Notes under the pieces: model-generated
What the model was told of the DNA's origin: nothing
What the model saw: only the letters and a program-made list of their open reading frames with translations
Database searches by the model: none
Origin: an uncultured Candidatus Saccharibacteria bacterium
Lineage (GTDB): Bacteria; Patescibacteriota; Saccharimonadia; Saccharimonadales; JAGQMS01
Reading direction: 5' to 3'
Length of the DNA stretch: 64,000 nt
Assembly (NCBI GenBank): GCA_964554485.1
Contig: CAZKOX010000001.1
Span: 9,363-73,362, forward strand
Shown here: piece after piece, positions 35,777 to 46,432 of the stretch
How the letters are laid out: each line of letters opens with the position of its first letter
Position numbering within the stretch: position 1 is the stretch's first letter
Program-made: the position numbers and the translations under genes

Positions 35777-37546
35777 GTGAAGCCAATACTAAAAATTCTA
35801 GCTCAAGCCAAAAGTTTGTGGCCATATTACACAGTTATTAGCATATTTTCAGTATTACTTGCAGCCTCAAACTTACTTTGGCCGATATTTAGTGGAATGT
35901 TAATTGACGAGATTAGACTTGGCGCGTCGGCTGACACCGGGCGGGTAGTATTTTTAGTCAGCATGGTTTTTTTGCAAGACCTTGGCACGACTGTATTTTC
36001 TAATTTAGGTGGCTATATCGGCGATATGATGACAGTAAGACTGAGGCGAACGCTTAGTAATAAGTATTTTGAACACCTGCTTAGCCTGCCGCAGAGTTAT
36101 TTTGATACAGAACTTACTGGCAAAATAATTAACCGACTAAGCCGCTCTATTGACCAAATTACCGTATTCATTCAGGCCATGAGTAACAACTTTTTGCAAT
36201 TCATCTTTACGGCAGTATTTTCTTTAATTTTTGTGGCACTGATAAGTTGGCCAACAGCATTGATGTTGGCGACTCTATACCCAATATTTATTTTTATGAC
36301 GGTTCGCACTAGTAATAAGTGGCAGAGTTATCAGCAGGACATAAACGTTCATCGTGACATTGCTACAGGCCGTTTCGCAGAAGCTATATCGCAAATTAAG
36401 GTTGTCAAAAGCTTTATCCGTGAAAAGACAGAATTGTTATTTTTTGATCGTCACTTAAATTCTGCCAATAATATTTCTAAACCTCAAAGTATACTTTGGC
36501 ACCGCGAAGATACTAAACGGCGAACCATCTTAAACGTAGTCTTTTTTGCGGTTTATATGTTTATTTTTGTGCAAGCTTCAAAAGGAACATTTACGCCGGG
36601 GCAGGCGGTAACCTTATTCCTTCTAGCTTTCAATATTCGTTTTCCGATCTTTACGATTAGTTTCTTAGTTGAAAACACCCAAAAAGCTGTGGCTGATAGC
36701 AAAGATTATTTTGAAGTTATGGACATTAAGTCGACTATTATGGATATTGAAAATGCTAAAAAATTAAACGTAAACAAGGGCGCGATTAGTTTTTCTGACG
36801 TTAAGTTTTCTTATTCTAAAGAGGCCGTACTGCGCGGTCTTAACTTCGATATTAAGCCCGACACGAAGGTAGCATTAGTTGGTGAGAGCGGTGAAGGAAA
36901 AACAACAATAACTAATTTATTGATGCGTTTGTATGAGCCAACAGGTGGAACGATACAAATTGACGGACAAGATATAACAAAAGTTACTCAAAAAAGTCTT
37001 CGCGAGAACATTGGTGTAGTTTTTCAAGAACCGGCGTTATTTAGTGGCACGATACGCGAAAACATTGCCTATGCTAATCCTAAAGCGTCTGATGCGATGA
37101 TTATCGCTGCGGCAAAAGCTGCAAATGCTCATGAATTCATTATTAAATTTGAAGAAAAATACGATTCTCAGATAGGTGAACGCGGCTTAAAGTTATCTGG
37201 TGGCCAAAAGCAACGTATTGCGATTGCTAGAGCGATCTTAAAGGACGCGCCAATATTAATATTGGATGAGGCAACTAGTAGCTTAGATAATAAAAGCGAA
37301 CTTCTTGTTCAGGAAGCACTGGAGCGTCTAATGAAAGGACGCACTACAATTATTATCGCCCACCGCCTCAGTACTATTCAGAACGTCGATACGATTATTA
37401 CCCTGCAGAAGGGTGTTGTTCAAGAGATCGGTTCGCCAGAAAGTCTTGCTAAAAGTGGTGGTATATATGCAAGACTTCTCGAGCTGCAGCATCATAAAAG
37501 CACAGAGGCTTCTAAGAAACAACTCAAGTCCTTTGAACTTGCCTAG
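35777..37546 (+). CDS. ABC transporter, fused permease/ATP-binding (type I exporter, MsbA-like)
   Basis: 6-TM N-terminal domain, Walker A GESGEGKTT, signature LSGGQKQRIAIARA, Walker B ILILDEATS. Confidence 0.9.
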   Translation: MKPILKILAQAKSLWPYYTVISIFSVLLAASNLLWPIFSGMLIDEIRLGASADTGRVVFLVSMVFLQDLGTTVFSNLGGYIGDMMTVRLRRTLSNKYFEHLLSLPQSYFDTELTGKIINRLSRSIDQITVFIQAMSNNFLQFIFTAVFSLIFVALISWPTALMLATLYPIFIFMTVRTSNKWQSYQQDINVHRDIATGRFAEAISQIKVVKSFIREKTELLFFDRHLNSANNISKPQSILWHREDTKRRTILNVVFFAVYMFIFVQASKGTFTPGQAVTLFLLAFNIRFPIFTISFLVENTQKAVADSKDYFEVMDIKSTIMDIENAKKLNVNKGAISFSDVKFSYSKEAVLRGLNFDIKPDTKVALVGESGEGKTTITNLLMRLYEPTGGTIQIDGQDITKVTQKSLRENIGVVFQEPALFSGTIRENIAYANPKASDAMIIAAAKAANAHEFIIKFEEKYDSQIGERGLKLSGGQKQRIAIARAILKDAPILILDEATSSLDNKSELLVQEALERLMKGRTTIIIAHRLSTIQNVDTIITLQKGVVQEIGSPESLAKSGGIYARLLELQHHKSTEASKKQLKSFELA

Positions 37547-37560
37547 TCACGCCATCTGCA

Positions 37561-37715
37561 CCAGCAAAGCCTGCTCTTTAGCAACAAAGCTAAAGACACC
37601 GCTTAGCTTCTTGGCTATTTTCAGCCTACCTAGTCCAGTACTCATGTCGGAGTAGTATTGCCTACACCTTGTTCCGTGCTTCCTAGGTATGCCGAAACTA
37701 GCTCAAGCGCGGAAG
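37561..37715 (+). repeat. conserved intergenic structured element, copy B (with extra inserted hairpin ctttagc/gctaaag)
   Basis: ccagcaaagcc..tcttggctattttcag..tactcatgtcggagtag-tattgc-ctacacc..gttccgtgcttcc..ccgaaactagctcaagcgcgg. Confidence 0.6.
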
Positions 37716-37787
37716 GCGTGCGGTGCTGGGTGTGGTGAAAAAAGCTTTGAGGGATTGGGTCCTGTATGGCTATACTAAAACTCACAA

Positions 37788-38336
37788 ATGGCAACATCAA
37801 AAGCAGTTCGGGGGTTATCGCTAGCAATGGCTTTATTCTTCTTAGCTAGCTCGATCGTCACCGTAATATTAATATCCCAGCAATCTAAAAACAACGCCGA
37901 ACAAGATGCTATTCAGCAACAGTCGGCACAGGAGGTGTGTGAAGTGGCAGATAACGCAACAAGTACAACAGTAGTGGGTGATCCGCTTAAACTTGACGGA
38001 CCAGTAAGTGAACTACAGATTATCGATACTAAAGCAGGTAGCGGTGATACTGTGCAGCTTAACGACTGCATTACGGTTAACTATCGACTAAATCTTGCCG
38101 ATGGCTCGATTGTTGCCGGCAACGATACTTTCACCAGCGGTAGCCCGATCGCTTTTCAACTTAGTGAAGGTGGGTTAATTGCTGGCTGGATCCAAGGATT
38201 GCCGGGCATGAAGGTTGGCGGCTTGAGGCGCCTGGTTGTGCCTGCAGCGCTTGCTTATGGCGACAGAGCTACCGGCAGCGTACCGGCTAATTCGGATCTA
38301 GTTTTTGATATTGAGGTACTTGACACTAAGCGTTAG
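37788..38336 (+). CDS. FKBP-type peptidyl-prolyl cis-trans isomerase, membrane-anchored
   Basis: N-terminal TM; FKBP domain block VTVNYRLNLADGSIV..FQLSEGGLIAGWIQGLPGMKVGGLRRLVVPAALAYG. Confidence 0.85.
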   Translation: MATSKAVRGLSLAMALFFLASSIVTVILISQQSKNNAEQDAIQQQSAQEVCEVADNATSTTVVGDPLKLDGPVSELQIIDTKAGSGDTVQLNDCITVNYRLNLADGSIVAGNDTFTSGSPIAFQLSEGGLIAGWIQGLPGMKVGGLRRLVVPAALAYGDRATGSVPANSDLVFDIEVLDTKR

Positions 38337-38385
38337 CACTATATATAGTGTATTAAAAGCATTAATAAACACTAGGGAGATAAAA

Positions 38386-38634
38386 ATGCCAAAACACATC
38401 GCCATTTATACCACTAATACCTGTTCGTACTGTGTGATGGTTAAACGTTGGTTGCAGAGTAAGCAGCTGACTTATGAAGAAATTAATCTTGATGAACATC
38501 CAGAGCGTCGACAAGAAGCCAAAGAGATTAGTGGAGCAGTAACAGTGCCGGTAACGGTAGTTACCAAGCAGGATGATAGCAAGGAAGTCGTGACTGGTTG
38601 GAACTTAGCAAAATTAGCGCCGGCGGTAGCATAG
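38386..38634 (+). CDS. glutaredoxin-like protein (NrdH/Grx family, CxxC redox motif)
   Basis: MPKHIAIYTTNTCSYCVMVKRWL... CSYC active site. The ORF-track start at 38305 is upstream of the SD (agggagataaaa) and the ATG at 38386. Confidence 0.75.
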   Translation: MPKHIAIYTTNTCSYCVMVKRWLQSKQLTYEEINLDEHPERRQEAKEISGAVTVPVTVVTKQDDSKEVVTGWNLAKLAPAVA

Positions 38635-38638
38635 TTTT

Positions 38639-39577
38639 ATGGCTCCGGACAAACCATATGACGTTTTAGTTATAGGCGCAGGGCCTGCAGCTCTGAGCGC
38701 CGCTATCTATACGACTCGCGAAGATCTATCGACAGTGCTTATTGAAAAAGGCGTAGTTGGTGGTCTTGCTGCGATTACCGACAAGGTTGATAACTACCCA
38801 GGATTTCCTGAAGGTGTAACAGGCATGGATCTTGCAGATAATCTCTGGAAACAAGCCGAACGCTTTGGGACAAAGATAGAGTATGGTGAAGTGACCGCCC
38901 TCGATGGTAAAGATAAAATCAAGAAAGTATCAACCACTGCTGGAGATATGTATTCCAGAGCAGTATTGATTGCGACAGGTACAGACTGGAAGAAGCTCGG
39001 TATACCCGGAGAAGATACATACTATGGACGGGGTGTGCATTTTTGTGCGACCTGCGATGGTCCACTTTATCGTGACAAGAATTTAGTTGTTGTGGGTGGC
39101 GGAAATTCGGCAATTCAGGAATCGATTTTTCTTACTAAGTTTGCCAAGCATGTCGATCTACTGGTGCGGGGAGACGCGCTACGAGCATCCGATATTCTTC
39201 AACAGGAACTTGAGGAAGTTAAGGATAAAATAACAATTCACTTCAATACAACTACAGATGAGATTTTGGGTGACGAGGAATCGGTTAAAAAAGTTATTGG
39301 AACTGACAAAAAATTAGGTGAAAAGAAAGAATTTGTTTGCGATGGAGTCTTTATATTTATCGGTCTTAAGCCAACTACGGGCTTTTTAGAAAGTAGTGGG
39401 GTTGAGAGAAGTGAAATTGGCTTTGTTAAGACTAACGAAGAATTGATGACAAATATTGAAGGTGTCTTTGCGGCTGGCGATGTTCGTGACGGCGCTACCA
39501 TGCAGATCGCCAGTGCTGTTGGCGAGGGTGCGACAGCGGCTCTTAAGATCCGAGAATATTTACATAAAAATCGTTAA
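38639..39577 (+). CDS. trxB: thioredoxin-disulfide reductase
   Basis: FAD motif GAGPAALSAAIY, redox-active CATCDG, NADPH motif GGGNSA. Confidence 0.9.
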   Translation: MAPDKPYDVLVIGAGPAALSAAIYTTREDLSTVLIEKGVVGGLAAITDKVDNYPGFPEGVTGMDLADNLWKQAERFGTKIEYGEVTALDGKDKIKKVSTTAGDMYSRAVLIATGTDWKKLGIPGEDTYYGRGVHFCATCDGPLYRDKNLVVVGGGNSAIQESIFLTKFAKHVDLLVRGDALRASDILQQELEEVKDKITIHFNTTTDEILGDEESVKKVIGTDKKLGEKKEFVCDGVFIFIGLKPTTGFLESSGVERSEIGFVKTNEELMTNIEGVFAAGDVRDGATMQIASAVGEGATAALKIREYLHKNR

Positions 39578-39606
39578 ACCGCTCATGGTATAATCTAAGG
39601 CAAGTT

Positions 39607-40212
39607 ATGAAGTGGCTGCCTAGATCAAAAAAATCCCTACTCCTGCTGATACCAGTAATAATTCTGGCCGCCGGTCTTGTATATTTTGTAATCTGGACCG
39701 GCAATAAGAATGATGCCGCGCTAAGCGAGTCGAGTAGCGTAAATCAAGTTAAAGAAGTCAGTGTGCCTGACATACTTCTGGCTCTTACAGAAAATACTAA
39801 TCTTAAAGAATTTGGTGACTTTATGTCCGCTACAGATATTTCTACAAAGCTTGTAGCAAATGCAGCAGGAGTTCTACCAAAATTAGTACTTTTCGCGCCT
39901 AGTAACGCGGCCTTCAAAAAAGCAGAGGTTGCACCACTTGCTAGCACTCCAGAACCAGCTAAAGAAGAACTACGGCTTTATCATGCGGCGATCTTTTATG
40001 CCGCTGCAGACGGTACTGGACCAGATCTTACGTTGAGTGTTGGGCAGAAGATAAAGACCTTGTCGGGACGTGAGATTCAGGTTACGAAGAAAGGTTCGCA
40101 TTTTATTTTGACTGATGCTAAAGGACGTACCTCGAAGGTGGATCTAACTTATTTTAAGGACGATTCGGGCAATAGGTTGTATTTTATTGATTCGGTTTTA
40201 CTTCTTCAGTAG
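39607..40212 (+). CDS. fasciclin (FAS1) domain protein, membrane-anchored
   Basis: N-terminal TM; FAS1 H1-like motif VLFAPSNAAFKK. Confidence 0.55.
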   Translation: MKWLPRSKKSLLLLIPVIILAAGLVYFVIWTGNKNDAALSESSSVNQVKEVSVPDILLALTENTNLKEFGDFMSATDISTKLVANAAGVLPKLVLFAPSNAAFKKAEVAPLASTPEPAKEELRLYHAAIFYAAADGTGPDLTLSVGQKIKTLSGREIQVTKKGSHFILTDAKGRTSKVDLTYFKDDSGNRLYFIDSVLLLQ

Positions 40213-40863
40213 ATGTTTTGGGTAACGATCTGGGCGATTTGTGATCATAATAACGTGCGGGAAAAGCTTGGCGACTAATCTCATGGTGATAGACCTGTCG
40301 ACTGTGTAGTTTAAATATTCAAGATTTGACCGACGGCAGGCGAAGTATGGATACGGACCAAGCCACCATTTATTTAAACTAACACCAGTAAAATTATATT
40401 TTCTAGCAAGCTGGATGGGTCTAAAAGGACCCTCGTGAAATGGTTGAGAGATATAGATTTTTGACTTCGGAAAAGCTTCGCTTAAAGCTTTCATGGCAGT
40501 TACGTGTGGTGACGTAAATGCCAAACCCTCAGGCTGCCACTTTTTAAATATTTTTATAAGTTCATCTGTTGAATTTCGAACTTTAATATCAAACAAGATG
40601 TTTGAATTAAAATCGTGTTTCAAAAAATCTTCTAGAGTTATAAGAGTGGGAACCTTTGATTTTAGTTCGTCATAAGTATCATCTAGTGGTGTACCGAGGT
40701 AGGTGCGTTTAATATCACCATGGTGCAATACAAAAACTCCATCCTTAGTGCGATGGATATCAACTTCTATAAATTCGGGGTCATACGAATCGCCGATCTG
40801 AACAGCTTGCAACGAATTTTCGCGCGCCAAACCGCCAGCACCTGCGTGGCTGACTAATCTCAT
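40198..40863 (-). CDS. glycerophosphodiester phosphodiesterase family protein
   Basis: N-terminal HAGAGGLARENSLQA (GDPD H-R-x-ENT-type motif) and EVDIHRTKDGVFVLHHGD. Confidence 0.7.
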   Translation of the reverse strand: MRLVSHAGAGGLARENSLQAVQIGDSYDPEFIEVDIHRTKDGVFVLHHGDIKRTYLGTPLDDTYDELKSKVPTLITLEDFLKHDFNSNILFDIKVRNSTDELIKIFKKWQPEGLAFTSPHVTAMKALSEAFPKSKIYISQPFHEGPFRPIQLARKYNFTGVSLNKWWLGPYPYFACRRSNLEYLNYTVDRSITMRLVAKLFPHVIMITNRPDRYPKHLLKK

Positions 40864-40904
40864 GGTAGAATTATACGTTAGAAACTAAGGAGAATAAATT
40901 TTTT

Positions 40905-41435
40905 ATGGGATATCCGTTTAATAAATTACCATTTGGTGTGTACGACAAGTACATAACAACTATCGTTGAAGTTCCAAAGGGTTCTATGCTCAAGATAGAG
41001 TGGGACAGACATGGAGAATACTTTGTCTTAGATCGAGTAGAACCAGGGATCTTTTCTAAGCCTGTAAATTACGGCTTTATCCCGCAGACTTTAGACGAAG
41101 ATGGAGATCCGCTGGACACCCTACTCGTTACAGACGAGCCGGTACCGACTGGTGTGGTTGTCCCGAAAGCTATTGTCATTGGAATGGTAGACTTCGAAGA
41201 TGACGGAGAAAACGACCATAAGATTATCTGCGTGCCTAAAGACGACTATCATCTAGGTCAGATAAGAAGCTTTGAAGAACTAGGGCCGCAATGGCACAAG
41301 CAAATTGAGCATCACTTCAATAACTATAAGACCCTTAGAAAAGGCGAGACTAAGGTTCGAAGTTTTAAGGGTGTTAAGGAGGCTTGGAAAGTTATCAACG
41401 AATGTGTTGAACGAGCTAAGATCGACGAGCAATAA
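40905..41435 (+). CDS. ppa: inorganic pyrophosphatase (family I)
   Basis: Family I PPase collinear blocks (EVPKGS, DGDPLD, DEDGENDHKII). Confidence 0.9.
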   Translation: MGYPFNKLPFGVYDKYITTIVEVPKGSMLKIEWDRHGEYFVLDRVEPGIFSKPVNYGFIPQTLDEDGDPLDTLLVTDEPVPTGVVVPKAIVIGMVDFEDDGENDHKIICVPKDDYHLGQIRSFEELGPQWHKQIEHHFNNYKTLRKGETKVRSFKGVKEAWKVINECVERAKIDEQ

Positions 41436-41507
41436 AGTACTTCTGTCTTCTTGCTAAAGATGATAGTTTGGTGCAAAATAAGCTTAAGAAGTAAATGATA
41501 GGGTGGG

Positions 41508-42524
41508 ATGAAAATAAAAGTAGCAATTAATGGATTTGGGCGGATTGGCCGTAATGCTTTTCGTGTTGCTTTTGCGCGTACTGACATTGAAATTGTGGCT
41601 ATTAATGACTTAACTGACACAAAAACTCTGGCGCACTTACTTAAACATGACACCAGTTACGGGTTGTTTAATAAAGATGTTAAGTATGACGAAAAGAATA
41701 TTATCGTCGATGGTATATCTGTTCCGGTATTTGCAGAAAAAGATCCAAGTTTACTGTCATGGGGCAACCTTGGCGTAGATGTGGTGATTGAGTCAACTGG
41801 TCACTTTACAGATAAACAAGGTGCTAGTGCCCACCTTAAAGCGGGTGCGAAAAAGGTTGTCATTACAGCGCCACCGAAAGGTGAAGGTGTTGAGACTTTA
41901 ATGCTGGGAGTCAACGAAGATAAGCTCAAAGACGCTGGCGATATTATCAGTAATGCTAGCTGTACGACCAACAGTATTGCAGCAATCATGGACATTCTTG
42001 ACCGCGAATTTGGTATCGAAAAAGCAATGCTAACAACCGTTCATAGCTACACAGCCAGTCAAGTTTTGCAGGATGGACCAGCGAAAGATTTGCGCGAAGC
42101 TCGTGCAGCCGCCGAAAACATCGTACCAACTACGACTGGAGCAGCTATTTCTGTAGCTAAGACCGTGCCAAGTCTTGAAGGAAAATTTGACGGTCTAAGC
42201 ATTCGTGTGCCCAGCCCAGTGGTGTCGCTAAGTGATGTAACGATGGTGTTGAAACGCGAAACTACCAAAGAAGAAATAAATGATGTACTGAAGAAGGCTG
42301 CCGGTGAACCATTCTATCAAGGCATTATTGGCATTTCCGAAGAACCACTTGTTAGCAAGGACTATGTTGGCAACAGTTTTTCTGGTGTGGTTGATACTCT
42401 ACTTACGAACGTCGTAGCCGGCAATCTGGCGAAAGTAGTTGTATGGTACGACAACGAATGGGGCTACAGTAACCGTTTAGTTGAACTAGTTGCCGATTTT
42501 GGTAAGTTAATATCCACGACTTAA
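41508..42524 (+). CDS. gap: glyceraldehyde-3-phosphate dehydrogenase (type I)
   Basis: NGFGRIGR NAD-binding motif, active site SNASCTTN. Confidence 0.95.
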   Translation: MKIKVAINGFGRIGRNAFRVAFARTDIEIVAINDLTDTKTLAHLLKHDTSYGLFNKDVKYDEKNIIVDGISVPVFAEKDPSLLSWGNLGVDVVIESTGHFTDKQGASAHLKAGAKKVVITAPPKGEGVETLMLGVNEDKLKDAGDIISNASCTTNSIAAIMDILDREFGIEKAMLTTVHSYTASQVLQDGPAKDLREARAAAENIVPTTTGAAISVAKTVPSLEGKFDGLSIRVPSPVVSLSDVTMVLKRETTKEEINDVLKKAAGEPFYQGIIGISEEPLVSKDYVGNSFSGVVDTLLTNVVAGNLAKVVVWYDNEWGYSNRLVELVADFGKLISTT

Positions 42525-42532
42525 GCGATGCT

Positions 42533-42982
42533 ATGAAGATATATATTGGCGCCGATCATCAAGGATACTCACCAAAAGAAGAACTTGAAAAGTATTTAAT
42601 TGCCCGAGGTTACGATGTTGATGATGAGGGCAGTCAAAAACTAGACCCTGACGATGACTACCCGGTGTTCGCCTCTAGGGTAGTGGCGAAGATGTTGTCT
42701 TCTGGTGATATCGAACCAAGAGGAATATTGCTATGTGGAAGTGGCCAAGGAATGGCTATGACGGCAAACCGTTTTCGAGGTATCCGTGCAGCTGTTGCTT
42801 GGAATGAGGAAGAAGCACGACTGGCGCGCAATGACGACGACAGTAATGTATTGGCTTTACCGGCCAGTTTGTTGAAGAATGACAAACAATTAATGTTTGA
42901 CATAGTGGATATTTGGCTAAAGACTCCTTTTGAAAGATTAGCGCGCCGAACTAGGCGGATTAAAGAGATGGATGAACTTTAG
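42533..42982 (+). CDS. rpiB: ribose-5-phosphate isomerase B (RpiB/LacAB family)
   Basis: MKIYIGADHQGY N-terminal signature, 149 aa. Confidence 0.85.
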   Translation: MKIYIGADHQGYSPKEELEKYLIARGYDVDDEGSQKLDPDDDYPVFASRVVAKMLSSGDIEPRGILLCGSGQGMAMTANRFRGIRAAVAWNEEEARLARNDDDSNVLALPASLLKNDKQLMFDIVDIWLKTPFERLARRTRRIKEMDEL

Positions 42983-43621
42983 ATGGCGGTAGTTTGCCCA
43001 ACCGTAACCTGTCAAAAGGATGATCTTCATGAGTATCGAACTCAGATGGAGCGGGTCGAAAATATTTCTAACCGTATTCAAGTTGATTTGATGGATGGAG
43101 AGTTTGCTCCTACGAAATCACCTGATATTGAAAAAATTTGGTTTCCTGAAGGTAAGCAAATTGATCTGCACTTAATGTACAAACACCCTAGTGATGTCTT
43201 AAATGAAGTTTTAGAACTAAATCCTAGCATGTTGATTGTTCATAAAGAAGCGAGCGTTGATTTTGCGACACTAGCAGGAGCTCTTCATGCTAGCGGTATA
43301 AAGTTCGGGATGGCGATCTTGCCGCAAACTCAAGTTGCTGACTGTCTTGAGGAACTAGAATATATCGATCACGTATTGATCTTTTCTGGCGACTTAGGAC
43401 ATTTTGGCGGTAAGGTTGATTTTGGTCTGTTAAAAAAGATTGAACAGTTAAGAAAATACAAACCAGGAATAGAGATTGGTTGGGACGGCGGAATTAATGC
43501 TGAAAACGCCAAACAACTAGTTGACGGTGGTGTTGACGTGTTGAACGTCGGAGGGTTTATTCAGACATCCGAGGATCCTTCCGTCGCCTACAATCAACTT
43601 ACCAATCTGTTACAATCATAA
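42983..43621 (+). CDS. rpe: ribulose-phosphate 3-epimerase family protein
   Basis: TIM-barrel epimerase blocks (VDLMDGEFAP..HLMY..GWDGGI). Confidence 0.75.
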   Translation: MAVVCPTVTCQKDDLHEYRTQMERVENISNRIQVDLMDGEFAPTKSPDIEKIWFPEGKQIDLHLMYKHPSDVLNEVLELNPSMLIVHKEASVDFATLAGALHASGIKFGMAILPQTQVADCLEELEYIDHVLIFSGDLGHFGGKVDFGLLKKIEQLRKYKPGIEIGWDGGINAENAKQLVDGGVDVLNVGGFIQTSEDPSVAYNQLTNLLQS

Positions 43622-43626
43622 GCAAT

Positions 43627-44496
43627 ATGGCTAACAACTATAATGATAAGCAGCGGACTATTCTTCAGCTAGAAGAAATTGCCGTTGAACTCAGAAAAAG
43701 TATTATCACGATGCTGGAAGAAGCCGGCAGCGGACATTCTGCTGGACCTTTAGGGCTTGCCGACATACTGACAGTTTTGTATTTCTCGGTTTTAAAGCAT
43801 GATCCCGAAGATCCGGCTTGGGAAGATCGCGATTTATTTTTGCTCAGTAATGGTCACTGCGTTCCAGTCCAATATGCAGCGATGGCAGAATCTGGCTACT
43901 TTCATAAGACAGAATTAAAATCTCTTCGTAAGTTTGGTAGTCGTTTGCAGGGTCATCCGGAGAGAATTAAGCTACCAGGACTTGAAACAACTAGCGGTCC
44001 TCTTGGAAGTGGCTTGAGTCAGGCGATTGGTATGGCACTGGGGCTGCGTCTTCAAGGTTCGGATCGCCGAGTTTATGTAGTTATGGGTGATGGCGAGTTG
44101 GACGAAGGTAACATCTGGGAAGCCGCTATGCTTGGTGCAAAGTACCAAGTGTCAAATCTAATAGCTCTAATCGATCGAAACAATATACAAATTGATGGTC
44201 CGACTGAAGTTGTTATGCCGCTTGAAGATTTAAAGGCCAAATGGGAGGCCTTTGGATGGCATGTTATTGAAGTTGACGGTAATAACATTGAAGCGATAAT
44301 CGATGCCTATGCTATGGCAAAGGCGATTGTTGAAAAACCAGTAGTGATTTTAGCTCACACTGTACCAGGTATGGGCGTAGATTTTATGGAGTATGATTTT
44401 CGTTGGCACGGTAAGCCGCCAAATCACGAAGAAGCAATAAAGGCACTACATGAGCTTCGGACGCTCGGCGGCAAAATTAAAAGTGAGCATCAATAA
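43627..44496 (+). CDS. transketolase, N-terminal (thiamine-diphosphate-binding) subunit of split enzyme
   Basis: GHSAGPLGLADIL, LSNGHC, TPP-binding GDGELDEGNIWEA. Confidence 0.9.
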   Translation: MANNYNDKQRTILQLEEIAVELRKSIITMLEEAGSGHSAGPLGLADILTVLYFSVLKHDPEDPAWEDRDLFLLSNGHCVPVQYAAMAESGYFHKTELKSLRKFGSRLQGHPERIKLPGLETTSGPLGSGLSQAIGMALGLRLQGSDRRVYVVMGDGELDEGNIWEAAMLGAKYQVSNLIALIDRNNIQIDGPTEVVMPLEDLKAKWEAFGWHVIEVDGNNIEAIIDAYAMAKAIVEKPVVILAHTVPGMGVDFMEYDFRWHGKPPNHEEAIKALHELRTLGGKIKSEHQ

Positions 44497-45473
44497 TGGA
44501 CATGAATATTGAGGATATTACAAAAAAACTAGCCAGCGATACGATTCGCAAGGGTTTTGGCGAGGGCTTAAAAAAGCTTGGTGAAACTAATGATAAAGTT
44601 GTAGCTCTGTGCGCTGATTTAACCGGGTCGACTAACATGAACTTTTTTGCAGAAAGCTTCCCGGATCGATTCTTTCAAGTTGGTATTGCAGAACAGAATC
44701 TGGTAACTACCGGAAGTGGCCTAGCGGCAGTTGGGCTCATCCCGTTTGTTAGCTCGTATGCTGCTTTTAGTCCTGGACGCAATTGGGAGCAAATTAGAAC
44801 AACCATCTGCCTAAATAATCAGCCGGTGAAAATTGTTGGATCTCATGCTGGGCTTTCAGTAGGCCCAGACGGTGCTACTCATCAGATGTTAGAGGATATC
44901 GCCTTGATGCGAGTGCTACCAAATATGGTCGTTATTGCTCCTTGTGATAAAAACGAAGCCTACAAGGCCACAATTGCTCTCGCGGCTGATAAACGTCCGG
45001 CATACCTGCGTCTTGCACGTGAGGCGGTGCCGATCATTACTTCTGAGCAGACACCGTTTGAAATTGGCAAAGCCTATGTCTATGACGTCGGACGCGACAT
45101 CACAATTATTACGACCGGCATAATGACATACCAAGCGCTGAGGGCGGCAGAGAAACTATACAAGGATGGTATAGATGTTGAAGTTATTCATTGTCCTACA
45201 ATAAAGCCTCTTGATAAAGAAACGATATTGGCGAGCGTTCGAAAAACCGGAGCTGTAATAACCTGCGAAGAAGCACAAATTAACGGTGGACTTGGTGGTG
45301 CGGTTGCCGAACTACTTGGCGAGAATTATCCGGTTCCGATTAAGCGAATTGGAGTTGAAGACCACTTTGGCGAAAGCGGTGAACCAGAGGAACTGTATGA
45401 GCTTTTTGGGTTAACAGACAGGCACATTGAAGAGGTGGCCCATAAACTGATGAAGTCGCTCGACCGAATATAA
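44496..45473 (+). CDS. transketolase, C-terminal (pyrimidine-binding + C-terminal domain) subunit
   Basis: Overlaps the N-subunit stop (TAATG). Pyrimidine-binding domain blocks (FQVGIAEQN..GSHAGLSVGPDGATHQ). Confidence 0.9.
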   Translation: MDMNIEDITKKLASDTIRKGFGEGLKKLGETNDKVVALCADLTGSTNMNFFAESFPDRFFQVGIAEQNLVTTGSGLAAVGLIPFVSSYAAFSPGRNWEQIRTTICLNNQPVKIVGSHAGLSVGPDGATHQMLEDIALMRVLPNMVVIAPCDKNEAYKATIALAADKRPAYLRLAREAVPIITSEQTPFEIGKAYVYDVGRDITIITTGIMTYQALRAAEKLYKDGIDVEVIHCPTIKPLDKETILASVRKTGAVITCEEAQINGGLGGAVAELLGENYPVPIKRIGVEDHFGESGEPEELYELFGLTDRHIEEVAHKLMKSLDRI

Positions 45474-45520
45474 AGGTTATCAAAAACAGCCGCAGGTGTT
45501 AGCATATAAGCAAAACCATT

Positions 45521-46432
45521 ATGTCGCTTACACTTCGAGAAATCAGAGAGAATTGTCAAAAAGCTCGTGCCACTATGGCGCGGACTCGCTCAGAGCATTT
45601 TGCTTTAGGCGCATTTAACATCGACAACCAGGAAACTTTAGTGGCCGTTATGCGCGCTGCCAAAAAACTTCAAGCACCGGTGCTGATTGAAATCACCGAC
45701 GGTGAAGTAAAAGCTTTAGGGCTTGAAAACATAAGAGACATGGTCGATAACTATAAAGCCGAATATGGTGTCGAAGTATATATCAATCTTGACCACAGTC
45801 CATCTGTAAAAGCTGCCGTCGCCGGTATCGAAGCTGGTTTTGAATTTATTCATATTGATATTTCGCAGGCAAACCATAATGCCTCTGACAAGGAGATAAT
45901 TGAAGCCACGAAGCAAGTTGTAGAATATGCAAAATTTACAGGCGCACTGGTTGAAAGCGAGGCACATTATTTTGCAGGTGGATCAAATATCCACACCGAA
46001 GCTATTGATTACGCCGAAATAAAAAAGAGTTTTAGTACGCCGAGTGGTGTTGCTAAGTTCGTGAAGGCTACGGGAGTTGATACTTATGCTGTGGCGATCG
46101 GTAACTTGCACGGTAGCTACCCTGTGCCAAAGATCTTGGATCTTAGCTTATTACAAAAGATACGTAAAGAAGTTGATTGTTATTTAAGCCTTCACGGAGG
46201 CAGTGGAACGGCCAGTCATTTCTTCGAAGAAGCCTGTCGGATTGGTGTGAGTAAGATCAATATTAATACAGATATACGGATCGCTTATCGCAAGACCCTT
46301 GAAAGAGTATTGCGTGAACACCCTGAAGAAGTCGCCATAATGAAGATCAACCAAGATGTTTATGACGCCGTGCAGGCGGTAGTGGAGTCTAAGCTACATA
46401 TGTTCAATTCCACTGGTCGAGCTCAGCCCTAA
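45521..46432 (+). CDS. fba: class II fructose/ketose-bisphosphate aldolase
   Basis: Class II aldolase blocks (ALGAFN, LDHSPS, GNLHGSY, SLHGGSG). Confidence 0.85.
   Translation: MSLTLREIRENCQKARATMARTRSEHFALGAFNIDNQETLVAVMRAAKKLQAPVLIEITDGEVKALGLENIRDMVDNYKAEYGVEVYINLDHSPSVKAAVAGIEAGFEFIHIDISQANHNASDKEIIEATKQVVEYAKFTGALVESEAHYFAGGSNIHTEAIDYAEIKKSFSTPSGVAKFVKATGVDTYAVAIGNLHGSYPVPKILDLSLLQKIRKEVDCYLSLHGGSGTASHFFEEACRIGVSKININTDIRIAYRKTLERVLREHPEEVAIMKINQDVYDAVQAVVESKLHMFNSTGRAQP

Noticed and set aside
37413-37827. ORF-track ORFs 37413-37655 (+) and 37642-37827 (-) in the ABC-exporter / FKBP intergenic region
   Set aside because: They overlap repeat copy B and each other, have no SD, and low-complexity translations. 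They are treated as non-coding.
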